Assembly (NCBI RefSeq): GCF_000315625.1
Contig: NW_005434673.1
Span: 272,270-336,269, forward strand
Length of the DNA: 64,000 nucleotides
Source of the DNA: Guillardia theta CCMP2712
Lineage: Eukaryota > Protista > Cryptophyta
Direction: 5' to 3'
Shown here: positions 50,501 through 62,839 of the stretch, in pieces
Numbering within the stretch: the stretch's first letter is position 1
Layout: each line of letters begins with the position of its first letter
The notes under the pieces: generated by a model
Database searches by the model: none
Told to the model about the DNA's origin: nothing
The model's input: only the letters and a program-made list of their open reading frames with translations
Program-made: the position numbers and the translations under genes

Positions 50501-53500
50501 TGTATTGTGGACAGTTTGTCAAGCATTTTTCACCACAAAACCCGCAGACATCATCGAAGTATACTGCTGGGAACTCATTCATACAACCTGAAATGAATCA
50601 CTTCATTCGCCAGCTCCAATTTCTCATTTGTTTACCTTGCTGGCACTGATTGTACCCGCCGCACTTTCCGCAGCGATCGCACACCTTCCTCGTACCTGGA
50701 TACACTCCTCCCCTTGCATACTCCAACTGTCCCACATTGAAGTCGATGCTTGACCGCAAACTGCTGGTGGAACTGAGGAGGCCCTGGCAGTCTGATCGCT
50801 CCGTCACGATCCCGTAGATCCCCTGCGGCGTCAGGCCCTTGGAAATCGCCTTCGTCCTGTCCGCGCTGGTGAAGTAACATCCGACCCTGGAACGCTTGTG
50901 AGGAGGACAGAGGGATTATGAGGGAAAGACAAGGAAAAAGTGATTTCAACAGAGGGCACGATTCTCGACTCTCACCTTCCTCCTGCTATCTTCTCCGGCG
51001 CGGGTTCAACGCCATAGGTGTGGACCTTGATGCAGGCGTCTGCCTCAGGGGCCGAGTAGTACCCATCTTGGTTGATTGGATTCCCAGAAGAGTCGAAGAT
51101 CAGCGTGTGATTGGCAAAATCCGACTCCACCCAACTTCCGGAAGACTGAGTTTGTCCCTGCGCCCACTGAAAGAACGTGCGTCAAGGCTGGAACGAGACA
51201 GAGGTGAACGTTTCTTCACCTGCTCACACACTCCGGCAAAGAATATGTCATGATACGCAAGCATGTTGTAAGGTGCGGAAAATGCAGACTTGGTCGGGGG
51301 AAACCAGTTCCGTACAATTGTTGTATCAAACGAGAGATCGAAGTCTATCCTCAAATCCGCATTCAGCTGGATGCCGGAGCCTGCATACCTCACCAGAACC
51401 CTGGAAGGAGGTCACGTACAAGGTTTTGAACGGATTAAAAACTCACTTTACAGGACAAACCTTCTTGTTGATTGGCCATTCTACTCCGTAAAGCCCCTGA
51501 GAAGTGCCATCTGAATCGGTTGATGCAGTTGTTGCAGCATTGTAGTTAACAGGATTGTATCGAAACACTGCTACACAGATGTCAACTTTCTGCTGACCCA
51601 AACCATTGAGCACAGTGACTTTGGTGTCACCACAGAGTGAAGTGGAGGCTGTTGCGTACGCAGGAGCTGTCATGCTGAAGTCGGAGGTCGTTTGCTCCGA
51701 AGCCCTTCGGAAGACGTATGTGATAGTGGAGCTCTCGATCACGACCTCCTTCTCGTCACCGTTGAGCCCTTCAAGTTTGAGGGCGCAGAACGAGTCTAGA
51801 GTGGACGCCGCGAAGTTCGACGCAGCCAGGATGTTTGACTCAAAGTTGGTCAGAGCTTGAAGCTTCCTTGTACGTCTCAGAAGGTTTGGACGGCAATTCG
51901 GGTTGGAGAGACTAGATAAAGCAGCAGAGGAGGCAGCAATGTAGTTGGACAGAACGGAATCACTCAGCTTCACCTTGGCGTTCTTCGCATTACTCATGAT
52001 GCTTTGAAGGGTGTTGAGGATCCTGTAAACCTCAGTTGATGTGGAATCACACAAGGCATTGAGGCCTTGGTCTGTAGCGAAAGTCTCATAATACACGGAA
52101 GACAGTTGCTCAAGGGAGTCCGACGTGTATGAGATCAAGTTGAAGCTCAACAAATCATCAAAAAGCCGAGAGAGATCCATGCGGTACGATGCCTGTAAGC
52201 TAGCTTGATTGATCATCGAGGCATACAATCTCATACTCGAGACAGCATCCGAACCTGATTGGGACACAAACCCAGACACCTTGATGTTGCCGAGAAGCTG
52301 ATCTTGCAACGTTGACATGAGCGGCAAAGGGAACGCGTTGCACTGAGTAAATTGAGGACTCAAAACCAAATCAGGAGTCCCTAAGTACAGAGTCTTCCAA
52401 ACATCAACTGTTTCTGTCTGATATTGAGTTGCATCGAATACGTCCTTCACTCGCAGCTGAATCTGCACCAACGAGCAAGAAGGGTCTGTAGGAGCAGCGG
52501 AGCAGCGGCTTCCAGTCTCGCAGTATGTGAGCTTGCCTTGAGACACCGTTGAGAAAGTGTAATCGGTGAAGAGAGTTGCCGAGGGATCACACCCTGGGCG
52601 TTGGTATGCAAACGCGTAAGACAAGGGCAAGTTATCAGCGTCGTCATTCCACGAAACTGGCAGGATCAATCAGCTTCACATCGAAGAAACAAACAAAAAC
52701 AAGATACCTGCAATGAAATTGAAGGGAGTGACAAGGGCTACGCCGCATGATGGTGATACGTCGATGTAACCGTTCCTCGGCAAGTTGTTCACCGTCACCT
52801 GAACTTCAGTCCAGGCGACTGTGTATTGCTGGAGCACAAGAGACTCTCTGCCCTTGACCAACGAGAGCCTGACAAAGAAGTTGCTGTTGGCATTGGTTGC
52901 AATAGGGTTGAGACCGAAGAGACCAACGCTCGAGTAAGGCTGGTACTGATTGAAGCGACTTATTGACGGGTCGTTCAAGTTTGCATTGTTCATCTCTTCC
53001 CTGTAGATGCAAAAGTTCAGATGAGTGTCAAAAGAACGACTAGCAGCACTTACCATTGGTACCAGCAAAAATTGTTGATGTCACTGTTGAAGTCTGGAAT
53101 GCCACTGTTGCAAGAGTATTGAGTGCCCACTAACTGACCTCGAATAAGAAGAAGCTCATTCGGGATGAAGTTGTTATACAGAAAGTTGAAGGGATGTTCA
53201 GAGGCATTGAAGCCAGTCAACACGCTGGGGTCGATCGTCAGCACCAGGTTGTTGATGGGATCAAGCATCCCAGACTGATAGTCTCGAGCTGTTCTTGGGT
53301 AGACTGTGAAGCGAACGGCCGTGGTTGCTGTTCGCAACGGGTTGCCGTTGTAGAGTTCTGTTACCGTAGCAACTATCTGTATCGTGATGTTCCACATGCC
53401 ATTCATATTCCTTGAGAACAAAGTGATATTGGATGATTGAGAATCCAGAGTTTGCAAATCGCTCCAGGTCTTGAAGCACCTTTCAGCCGTGCAGGAGCAG

Positions 53501-56500
53501 GCGCTTACAATCTCAGGTGGAAGAGAAAAAAAGGATGATAGTTGCCAGTATGTGTAGATGTCTTTTGTCCATGTATAGCAGTCCCACTTGAACTGATACT
53601 TCGTCCCCGGAAGCTTCAGCGGATTCGCGACACTGATGAACACTTTGATAGCCTGGGAGGAGCTGGATGAATCGTCGATCACGATTCCGTAGTTAGAAGC
53701 CCTCCTGTATCCGCCTCGAGGTGTTGCCATCGTAGAAGAGTCGAAGACCCCACTGAATGCATCAAGATTGAGAGCGGAATAGTTCGTGCGGATACCCACG
53801 GCACTGCATGGGAAGAGCGATGTGTCCGTGCTGATCCTGGCCACAGCTCGGACGACGTACGACACGTTACTTTTCAACGAATTTGACGGCAGTTGCCAGG
53901 TGCTTCCCTGACCGAAGGCTGAATATAAGAGACAGGCCTGAGTGCTGCCTGCCACACAAGCGGTGGTTGGAGGATTAAAACATACAGATAGTGTCTCTGC
54001 CTGGTAAAAATTTGCGTATACTTGCCAATCGTACCGAATCAGGTTGTTCAGGGTAGAGGTTTGAGTGCCAAGTGCTGTTGATGTGCTGAAAGTATTCTTC
54101 AAAGCCACAGAAATGTTGCCATTGCATGCAAGAACACTGTCATACAGCAGCCTGAGCTTCAAAACCAAGGGACTCAACAGGTCAGTCAGAGTCAATATAG
54201 AAGGTCCAAGGATTTGAACCTCGGGTGCCGGACTCAGGTACATGCGGGTAGAAGCTGAAGCCCATGGCGCACAAACAGTATTGGCATCATTGTCATTGCA
54301 TCCAGTCAAGTCCGATGTAGTCATACTCATTGCAGGACAATAGACGTATTGCTCTGGTGCAGTCCAGAAGTCAGAAGGAATAGGAGAAGGTCCACACTTG
54401 CTCGATAAGCTCCACAACCAGCTCCAGGTTACCAGCTTCCAGGTATAAGAGTAGTCAGGCTGCAAGTCGCACGTCTTGGTGGTAGAAACGCAAGCCGTCA
54501 AAGTGTTTCCTGTCGACGCTATGGTATCACTGTACACGATGTTGATGCGGGCCACCTGGATTTGCGCAAGCCTGTTATTCAAGCTCTGCACCCAGTCCAA
54601 ACAGTCGCAATTTCCAGAACCACAAGCAGGGCATCCCAAAAGATTTCCAGTCGTGAGGTCGATCTTCTTGACTTCCACATGCCAACCATAACCCATTGCC
54701 CGTCCTCCTCCACCTTTTGACTGGATCCCGCTTAGAGTCCAGTTGCTGCAGAAACTCATTCTCAGCGGAGCGGTGATGACCGCAGTGGTTGGAGGTTTCA
54801 AGTCCTCCGGGACAGGTTTGGCAAGGAACACACCATCCGCAAACGCGTAGGGGTCGAGGTATGACGCGACGGTGAAAGGCCTCAACTGAATGAAAGTGTT
54901 CCATGTGACTGTAGGATTCTGACCGAAAGAAATGAGCATCTTCAATCTTGAGGGCCAAGTGACATAGGCTCCGACACCAAAAGTGCTTGCGGGGTTCGTG
55001 AAGAGTTCAACTGTGGTCTGATAAACTGGTTGATCGGATGGGGTCCCTCGAGATCCTCGGTCTGTTGATGTGTCAAACTCGATCTCCATTCCTGTCACGT
55101 CCGGGGTGAATTGAGCGCCAACAACTACCGGAGGTCCGCCGCCTGTGTAGAAGAAAAGGCCATACCGAATTCTTTGCCCACTGGTATCATCACCTGCCAG
55201 AAAGTATCAAAACCCAGCTCAACAATATGATACACATTGCACAGAGTGTCCACTAAAAGTTGTACCTTGTGGGAACGCAGCAAAAAGAAGGTTGAACTCG
55301 AGGTCTTGGAATGTGGCTTGAGTGGCTCTACACTTCCCCAACTTAGTGAAATTGTCACCAGTAGGACATGTAGCCACGAAATCTTTGCACTGATGCACAC
55401 AGCCATCCAAAGTCTGCGACTTCTGGAGAGGGCAGAGTGCATTGGTCAAACAGTACTCGTGTGGAATGAGTGGCGTCTTGCAGTAGAAAGAACAATAGAG
55501 CTCAGTTATTGGGCCAATAGTCACGTTCCTGCAAGTATCCTGGTTGAAGGTAGGATGTAAGTCATACATGTAGACCCCTGGGTCTAGGTAACTCCCAAAC
55601 TCACATCTGCTGTTTTCAAGTTCCAGCACGTTGTTCCATTTCAACTTATCGATATTGACTCCGCTGATCTGTACCACCGTTCCTCCTTTTGCACTCCCTG
55701 AGTATCTTGGTAGTACCTCAGATATTCCCGTTGTGAAAAAGACAAACCGTTGAGTCTCCAACGACCACACCACTCCTGACAATGAAACCTGAAGTAGAGC
55801 AATGTGCGGAGAGGACAACGGCGGAGTGTAACAGATCATGTATGTGGCATTGACGAACTTAACTTTAGAAGCTGAAAATCTGCAGCGCTGAAAGTAAGTG
55901 TCCGCTGGACTCAACGGACATTCCTCCAGAATAATAGTAAACCGACAAGAGAGGGTGGAAGTATCTACAAAAGGTCCTCCAAATACATTGACAACTCCAC
56001 CTCCATCAATGTGCGCAAAGGGAGGATAAATAGATGCGGCCTGAGGAATAGTAGTAGATTGAGCTTCAATTCCAGTAAAGATCAATCCTTCTTCAATCGT
56101 GATGTTGTTCAATTGAGAAATCGCTGTGAAATCTTTGTCGAAAGAGATTGTTTTCAACGATCCTTGTGTAACAAGGTTTACCTCGGTGATATTCCCTGTC
56201 TCGTTCTTCTTGAGAGCTTTCTGCAGAGAGGAAGTCAACAAGATGCATTCTCCTTGTGCAACTCAAACAAGCATATACCTGACGTGTCATGTACGAGAAT
56301 GAGTTCAATTTCAATTCTCCTTTGGGGTCTGTTCGGTCTAACATGCCAAATCCAAGAGGCGCAAAGGACGAGATACTCCATGCAACGCTCACGTCCGACG
56401 AAGCCATCTCGTATACGTTCATTACGTTGCCAGTGTTCAACTCAAGCTTGTAGAAATAATGTCCACTGGTGTTGTGAATCATGGTGTAGATTTCTTTGAG

Positions 56501-57491
56501 TTGTCCGTAGACTTTCATGGACTGCATATATGAGTCAATGACAATGTATTTCAGGAAGAAAGACAACGAATTTACCGTAACCACCCCTGGAATTCTCCTT
56601 TTCCATAGAAAGCATCCAACGCATTCTGAGCAGACACTCGTTTGTACTTTATCGCCGCAATCTTTTGGGTTTCCTGTAGCGATCATGTCAAGAAACATGC
56701 TGCCATCCGGTCAACTGTAAGCATAGACACGTACCTCCTGGGTCCATTCCGGTTCTGAGCGCAAGGAGGTATGGCTCGTCTTCTACTACGACCATCAAGT
56801 AGATCTGTTCTGACGGCTCTAAGGCCGAGATTGCTGGAACAATTCCACTGGCATTGTACAAGTAATATATGTGTTGGAAGTAAAGAGATTGCATGTCCCC
56901 TCCCACGTCGTTGCTGGATCTGTACACGTAATCTCCAGTCCAGGTTTTAATGACAATTTTGACAAGATAGTGCTGCCCTGAAGAATAAGTCACGACCCCA
57001 AAGATGCTTCGATCTGCTCGATTGTATTCAGTGGAAGAGAGAGTGAAGGAGACAGGGTCCGTGGTGTCAATGGCTGCTTGGCCGATGCTTCCACCCCTCA
57101 ACAACTCAACGCTGGTGAGGTAAGCGCTTGCAAACCCGTCCTCTCCATTAGCATGATACCAAACTTGATTGATGGAATCGAAGGTACTTAGCCCAAGTGA
57201 TGGATTCGACCTTCCATGAGTTGTCCCACTGACCTCCACATACTCTTGAACGCATTTGTAATAGTTTGATGCCGGATCGAGACTAGAGTACCCTTGATCA
57301 ACGCACAATTGAAGCAAGAGCTTGTCTGTATCTGGCCCGAAACTGACCACGTGGCTCGACCTATCTCCGATTCTTCTGATCAACCCGGTGTACATTGCCT
57401 TTGCTGGATCTATACCCCGGCCATTCGGTGCCTGTGATCTCGCGAAGCCAAGCAGCAGGCTCAGGCAGAGAAATTTCCCTGATCCTTTCAT
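38582..57491 (-). CDS. Giant multi-exon cell-surface membrane protein (IPT/TIG, REJ/PKD-like, cadherin-like Ig repeats, CBM-like inserts, PSI, several TM segments)
   Basis: A chain of long minus-strand ORFs separated by short intron-sized gaps, with a single N-terminal signal peptide (MKGSGKFLCLSLLLGFARSQ). Junctions traced by hand near 50450-50640 splice in frame. The remaining junctions were not all traced. Motifs are listed in the findings. Confidence 0.75.
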
Positions 57492-57935
57492 TCTTTCCTC
57501 TTTTTCACCTAGATATGGCGATCATGAGCGAGAGCACTTTGATGGCTTCAGTGCATTGAGCTCGAATGCACCGAAAGATTCGTAACCGCTGCCATGTTTT
57601 ATCTCCTCGCAATCATCCCCATCTCAGCGAATGCCATGACCACCACTTGCCAAAGGTCGCACCCCCCTAGACCACCGCCTCAGTCTTGTTTCCCACCCCA
57701 CCCCTTCTTTCCTCATGAAGTACCCGTTCTTTCAACTATTCTGCACTACCCTACCCGCTCCTGCTTTCCTTCCATCAAAGCAGTCAAGAGCCGGGACTCA
57801 CTGAGATGACTCGGACCCGGCTTGCTCGCCGGACGGCGGGCCCGGTGCCAGTGACTGGCCGCAGAACGGAACCTTCCGAGACCGTGCCAACGGTGGCACT
57901 GATCAGCCTGCTGATCAGCTCTCATCATTGTGAGA

Positions 57936-58014
57936 GTCCTCGTACTGATCAGTCACTAGTAACCTGTCCTAATTGTCCTGATGTTTAACTTAACTTCAAG
58001 TTGAGTAAAGAAGA
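57936..58014. promoter_or_regulatory. Dispersed intergenic motif, copy 4 (inverted, with an internal insertion)
   Basis: Reverse complement reads TCTTCTTTACTCAACTTGAAGTTAAGTTAAACATCAG...ATCAGTACGAGGAC. Confidence 0.5.
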
Positions 58015-58298
58015 TCAGTAAAGAAGACCAGTAAAGAAGAGATCAGCCTGACCGTACACGTGACTGTCGCACAGGCCGCCGTCACAGACCGTGAGCCAGT
58101 GTGTACGGTCCAATCGGCGGCGAGCGGCCGCCCGGCCGCAGTCACTGAGTCGCGGCCCGGGCCCGGGGGGCAGTCCCCCCGGGCCCGCGGGCCGCTGACA
58201 ATTCTCTCGACAAAGAGTTGGGTAAAGTTGAAATACGATCAAGTTGTGATGCGATCCCTGATGAGCAGGGACGGCATGGGGCAGTAGAGCTTCAAGCT

Positions 58299-59309
58299 AT
58301 GGAGATTGAAAACTTTCTGAACGCATTTGAATTCCCGAAAGAGGCCATATCAACGTCTTTGAGCATCGAATATTCAGACGATACACGTAAGGGCAAAGAT
58401 CATGATGATGGTGACGGAGGCGAAGAATTCAGCGAACAATCAAAAAGAAATGCAATTGAGCTTGATAAAGAGGATGCAGCGTTCTATCTGGGCGACGATC
58501 CCGAAATCTTTGTCCGATCAGTGACAACCAATTCTCATGATTCAATACTTCCTATCGAAAGGGACAATGAGATCCTGAGCAGAGTTTATTACATTCCAGA
58601 ATGCTTTGAAGAACCCTTTCTAGATGTAACCAAAACCAACTTTTAGTGTTGCAATCCTTGACAATTGATCAGAATTTGGCGCAACTTGCAAGGAAGTTGG
58701 AGGGCAACTCACACTCGCACAACATGTCGGTATGTTTCGAGTGCGACATGGGCCCTGTGCCTTTGCACTGAGCTTGTACCAAGGCTACTCGCCGGTTCTT
58801 CTACTCGGAAATCATCGCAGATGCCATTCTTTCGCGACTTCCGCCATCCCTAGGATTTCAACGAATTCTACCTGTGATCTGGCAGTATCCTCTCCCTGAA
58901 CATGAATTGACTGTTGACTGTGAAGGACATGCGCTTCATTGAGTACGGAGTAGGAGGCTTCATCGCTCCCCATACGGATGGGGTGATGTTCGACGCCAAG
59001 ACGTGAGATGGTCTGCGATGAACTGCGATGAGTTCCTGACCAGCCGCAGAGGGAGACAGTCAACAACATCTTTTCTCCTGTACCTCTCGTCCACCACTGA
59101 GGGAGGCTCCACCGATTTCTTGAGCAGCGTGCAAGGAGGAGAAATTCTACATCAGGTATGACCGGATGTAGTGGTGGAGTGCAGGGCTGAGACAGGAGCA
59201 GGTATGGCCAAGAAGAGGATGGATCCTCCTCTTTCCGCATGACTCTCCTCATGAAGGAACTGCAGTGTCTACTCAGCACAAATTTCTGCTGCGTGGCGAT
59301 CTGTACTGA
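58299..59309 (+). CDS. 2OG-Fe(II) oxygenase, prolyl-4-hydroxylase-like (multi-exon)
   Basis: Exons read MRFIEYGVGGFIAPHTDG, TTSFLLYLSSTTEGGSTDF and ILLFPHDSPHEGTAVSTQHKFLLRGDLY*. This gives HxD...H plus a basic 2OG-binding residue. Confidence 0.82.
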
Positions 59310-59321
59310 GTGGGGGAACGT

Positions 59322-62195
59322 TTATTGCAACACCTTGAGGTCTTCGGATAAGTTAATGTTGAGCTTACATCTGCAGCCTTCGTCTTGTAGCTCATGTCTT
59401 GCTCCTCCACCCGTCACTCGCACGTTGCAAGTGTCAGCTTCACCCATGTTGCTGCTGAACTGCATGTTTCCACCCAGGTAAGCACAAGACTGTGCTTGTA
59501 TCAGCATCCCGCCTCCCCTGTTGTCCTTGATCGTGCATCCATCGACTTCTGCTCTTGAGTGTTCATCTTCCACCAGAACACCACACTGACGTCCCCGTAG
59601 CACTTGGCAGTCACGCATGTACAGGCTTCCTCCCCATTTCACATGCACCCCCGCGAACTTGCATTCTGATATGAGTGATGCTTCAATATGAGCGCGTCCG
59701 TTCGAATGCACAAACAGTCCGCCCTTCTGGCTCTTGCATACTTCACAATTTTTGATGTGAATCATTGCAGTCTCGATGCATTCTATAGCTGCATATCCAT
59801 TCTGCCAAAGTTTACAACCCTCCAACTGACAGATTGCATTTTGCCGCAGAAACAATCCAGACTTTCTGTTGGAATTCAATTCACTCCTCGAGCAGAGAAG
59901 TCTACCCATTCCCCTCAGCTCTATACCTGATCCACTTGTCTGACATATCTTGGAGTCTTCCAAAATTAGATTTCCCTTACCACACACGCAAAACCCGCCT
60001 CCATGGGAATTTGAAAAGTTAGATCGAGAAACAGCCATAATGCCGTTACCACCTATCGTACAGCAATAACGAGAATGACAAAAAAGGGTGCAGTCTTTTA
60101 AAGCCATGGATCCGCCTTTCAATTCAATGCAATTCCAAGTTGAGCTTGCCTTTCGCTTCTTGTTGGCATTACAGTTTTCATTCTCGTGCGATTGAAAGTG
60201 TCGTATGGTCAGATTACAAAGCTCCACCTGAGTTTCTCGTGCGTGTGCCCCCTCCAACTGCACCTGAACAACCATAAAAGGAAGCTTTTCTACAATCAGA
60301 ACAACTTCGGATGGATTGCCAATTCCGTAAATCTTGAGCGGTTTGCTTATTGTTTTGCGAATGTTATATGATCCTTTACCTAGCTGGATAGAATCGCCGG
60401 GTTTGAAATTTCTTACTGCTTCAAAAAATTTGCTTTCAGCATCGTCACCACCGACTCTAAACAGACATGGTTCGTGGGTGATTTCGCAGCACGTTGCCTG
60501 AGTTTCACACAACTTAGCTTGCAGGCTTGATGGCTCCATGGCCTCCCCTTGACCGAACAACAGCTTCCTTCTTTGCCGTCGATTCATTTTTCCCTCACAT
60601 TCCTTCAGCTGAGCGTTGACCTGTGGGACTACGTCCAACTGCCCTACAGTCTGTTGACCTTCACCTCGTGGCACTGGAGGTTCTTCCAGCTTTGCACTCT
60701 GGTCTCTACATCGTTTGAACCTGATTTTCACACCACTGGGACTCACCAACTTCTGCAGCATCTGTGTTAAGAAAGAATTTGGCGCATCAGTCTTCACTGC
60801 AAGATTCACTGCTGTGTGGGAGTGAGAAACCTTGTATCCGGCTTTTTCAATAGTACGCAATATATTGGTCCTGTCGAAGCTGTTGTCACTCCTTGCTGAA
60901 CATCTCGAGAAGAATGAGAAGTCATAAAACAATGGATTCGGTAATTCTGCACTCAACTCCCTGAAAAGAATCGACAGATTATCTGCATCCGCTATGTTTC
61001 TCTCCATCTGAACCTTCTCCAATGTTCGTTTGCAAACTGAAAAGAAGTTTTTGTCTACCAGACTTGCAGACCATATGGGACCTCCCAGCTCTTTCTCCTG
61101 GTTTCCACAAACTTCACACTTCTTGCTGACTGAGCTATCGGCTCCCACCATTTCCCAGTACTCGCAGTTGGTGCACTTCCAAACCATGTGATGACTTCCC
61201 ACATGTTTGCTGTCGCAAACATGTTCGTGATCTTGATGTGTTACCCTAGCGATGATGCGGACACAACAATTCACATATGCACAGATGAGGGGCTCTAAAT
61301 TCCTGTCCAATTGTAAGGCAAACTTTGAGACACATGCCAGGGCCTGGATAAAGGATCACAAGCGGGGAGCAAGACGAGTGTGTTCTTACGATTCGGATCC
61401 CCAACTCTTTCGAGCATCGCATGTTCAGTGGTTGTGCACCATAACGTGAGAAGCAGAGCTCGCTGCTTCCATGGCCGAACCCAGTCAAAACCTGAGGGTA
61501 CTTTCTCAGAATCCTCTGCTTGAACAATGACCTAGAAGTCTTCACACCTGAACATCGAAGAAGGCCATGGAAAGAAGTCCACCATGTTTGAGGCATCTCA
61601 GGGCAGAGGGAACTATGTTGATGGGTGATCCAAACGGATCCAAGTCGATGAAATCCACCAACTAGGTATTTCCCTCAGTTTGATAAAAATACAGCAGCTG
61701 AGCAAACTCCTTACCTCTTTCTGCGATGCCAAGTCCGTGAGCAACGTGGCTGCATCCTCACAAGAAGTGAGCAATTTTACTTCACAGCCAGCTAACGAAG
61801 CTTTGCTTTCCTCTACGTTCTTGCATAGACACCTGAAGGCATCTGGAGAATTGTCATTGGCAAAAATCTTGCCAACTTGCGGGACCTGCAAATAGACATT
61901 AGGAGCATCATTCCGCATGATCTTCATACTGCACCTCTCGTGCTATGCGAAGAGATCTCAACCCCGTCGCTGCAAGTGCATCGACCACAACTAGGGAGTT
62001 GAGAGGAGCCCGGGTGGTTTCAGCATGGGCGAGGAGAGCGATGATGGTGAGGTCGCGTTGATCCCTCCCGTCAGAGTTGAGGAAAGCACCGTCCCTTGCC
62101 ACATGCTCTGCGCCGCCTTCGCTCACTCTGTCTGTGTGGGGAGAGAGCATCGAGCCCGAGCTCTGACGCCTCACAGCCGCACTGCGATGCGCCAT
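59322..62195 (-). CDS. TRM1: TRM1-family tRNA (guanine26-N2)-dimethyltransferase fused to a right-handed beta-helix domain
   Basis: TRM1 motifs RDLTII, VVDALAATGLRSLRIAREV, IFAND, DFIDLDPFGSP, CxxC...CxxC and GGPIWSASL. The C-terminal ~370 aa carry PbH1-like repeats (GSGIELRG, KSGLFLRQNA, KGGLFVHSNG, FAGVHVKWGG). Confidence 0.82.
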
Positions 62196-62839
62196 CGCAA
62201 GCCAGATTCCGACATGGGCGGAGCAAGATGGAGGCCCGCCTCAGTTTTTCACAGGGATGGTATTAGTAACGGAAATAACCGATGCGTGACGTCGAAGAGA
62301 GGGAGAGATCATGGAGCAAGGAAGGGAGGGAAGGGAGGGAGAGGGAGAGGGAGGCGAGGGGGCGAGAGGAAGCCAACAGGAAGGACGAGAAGAGGATGAG
62401 GAGAAGGCTGACAAAAGCCGGCGGAGCGAGAGGATGGGTGTACCAAGAGCATGCATAGTGCAGAAGAAAGCAGAAATGGTACAGTATCTGGAGATGGGGT
62501 AGGGGAGCCAGGGAAGAGGAGGATGAGGATAAGAAATGCGAGTTTTGAGCAGGCAAGATAAGATTTCTTGACACAAAAGGATGAAGGAGGTACGACAATG
62601 CAACATTTGTTAGGCCAATGGATGTTTGAACAAGCGCAGGGTGCACCGAGTTCAAGGTGAAAATAGAAATGTACAATCTGAGGAATGAAGCCTAATGGAG
62701 GGATGGCAAGTGACAGTCGAGGACGGTTGATAGTAGAAGGAGTAGAGAAGGAGGGTGGAGTCTCCTCGTGAGGTCTCATGGAACATCCCGATGAGTTTGT
62801 TTGGGCTGACAAGAGCTTCGCCAGCTCCGCATCGTCAGC

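Noticed and set aside
50900-51500. GPS autoproteolysis site after the REJ-like region
   Set aside because: No CxCxHL(T/S) motif was found in the exons I translated.
57990-58045. CRISPR-like short repeats
   Set aside because: Only about three 11-nt units with no unique spacers, no cas genes and a eukaryotic context.
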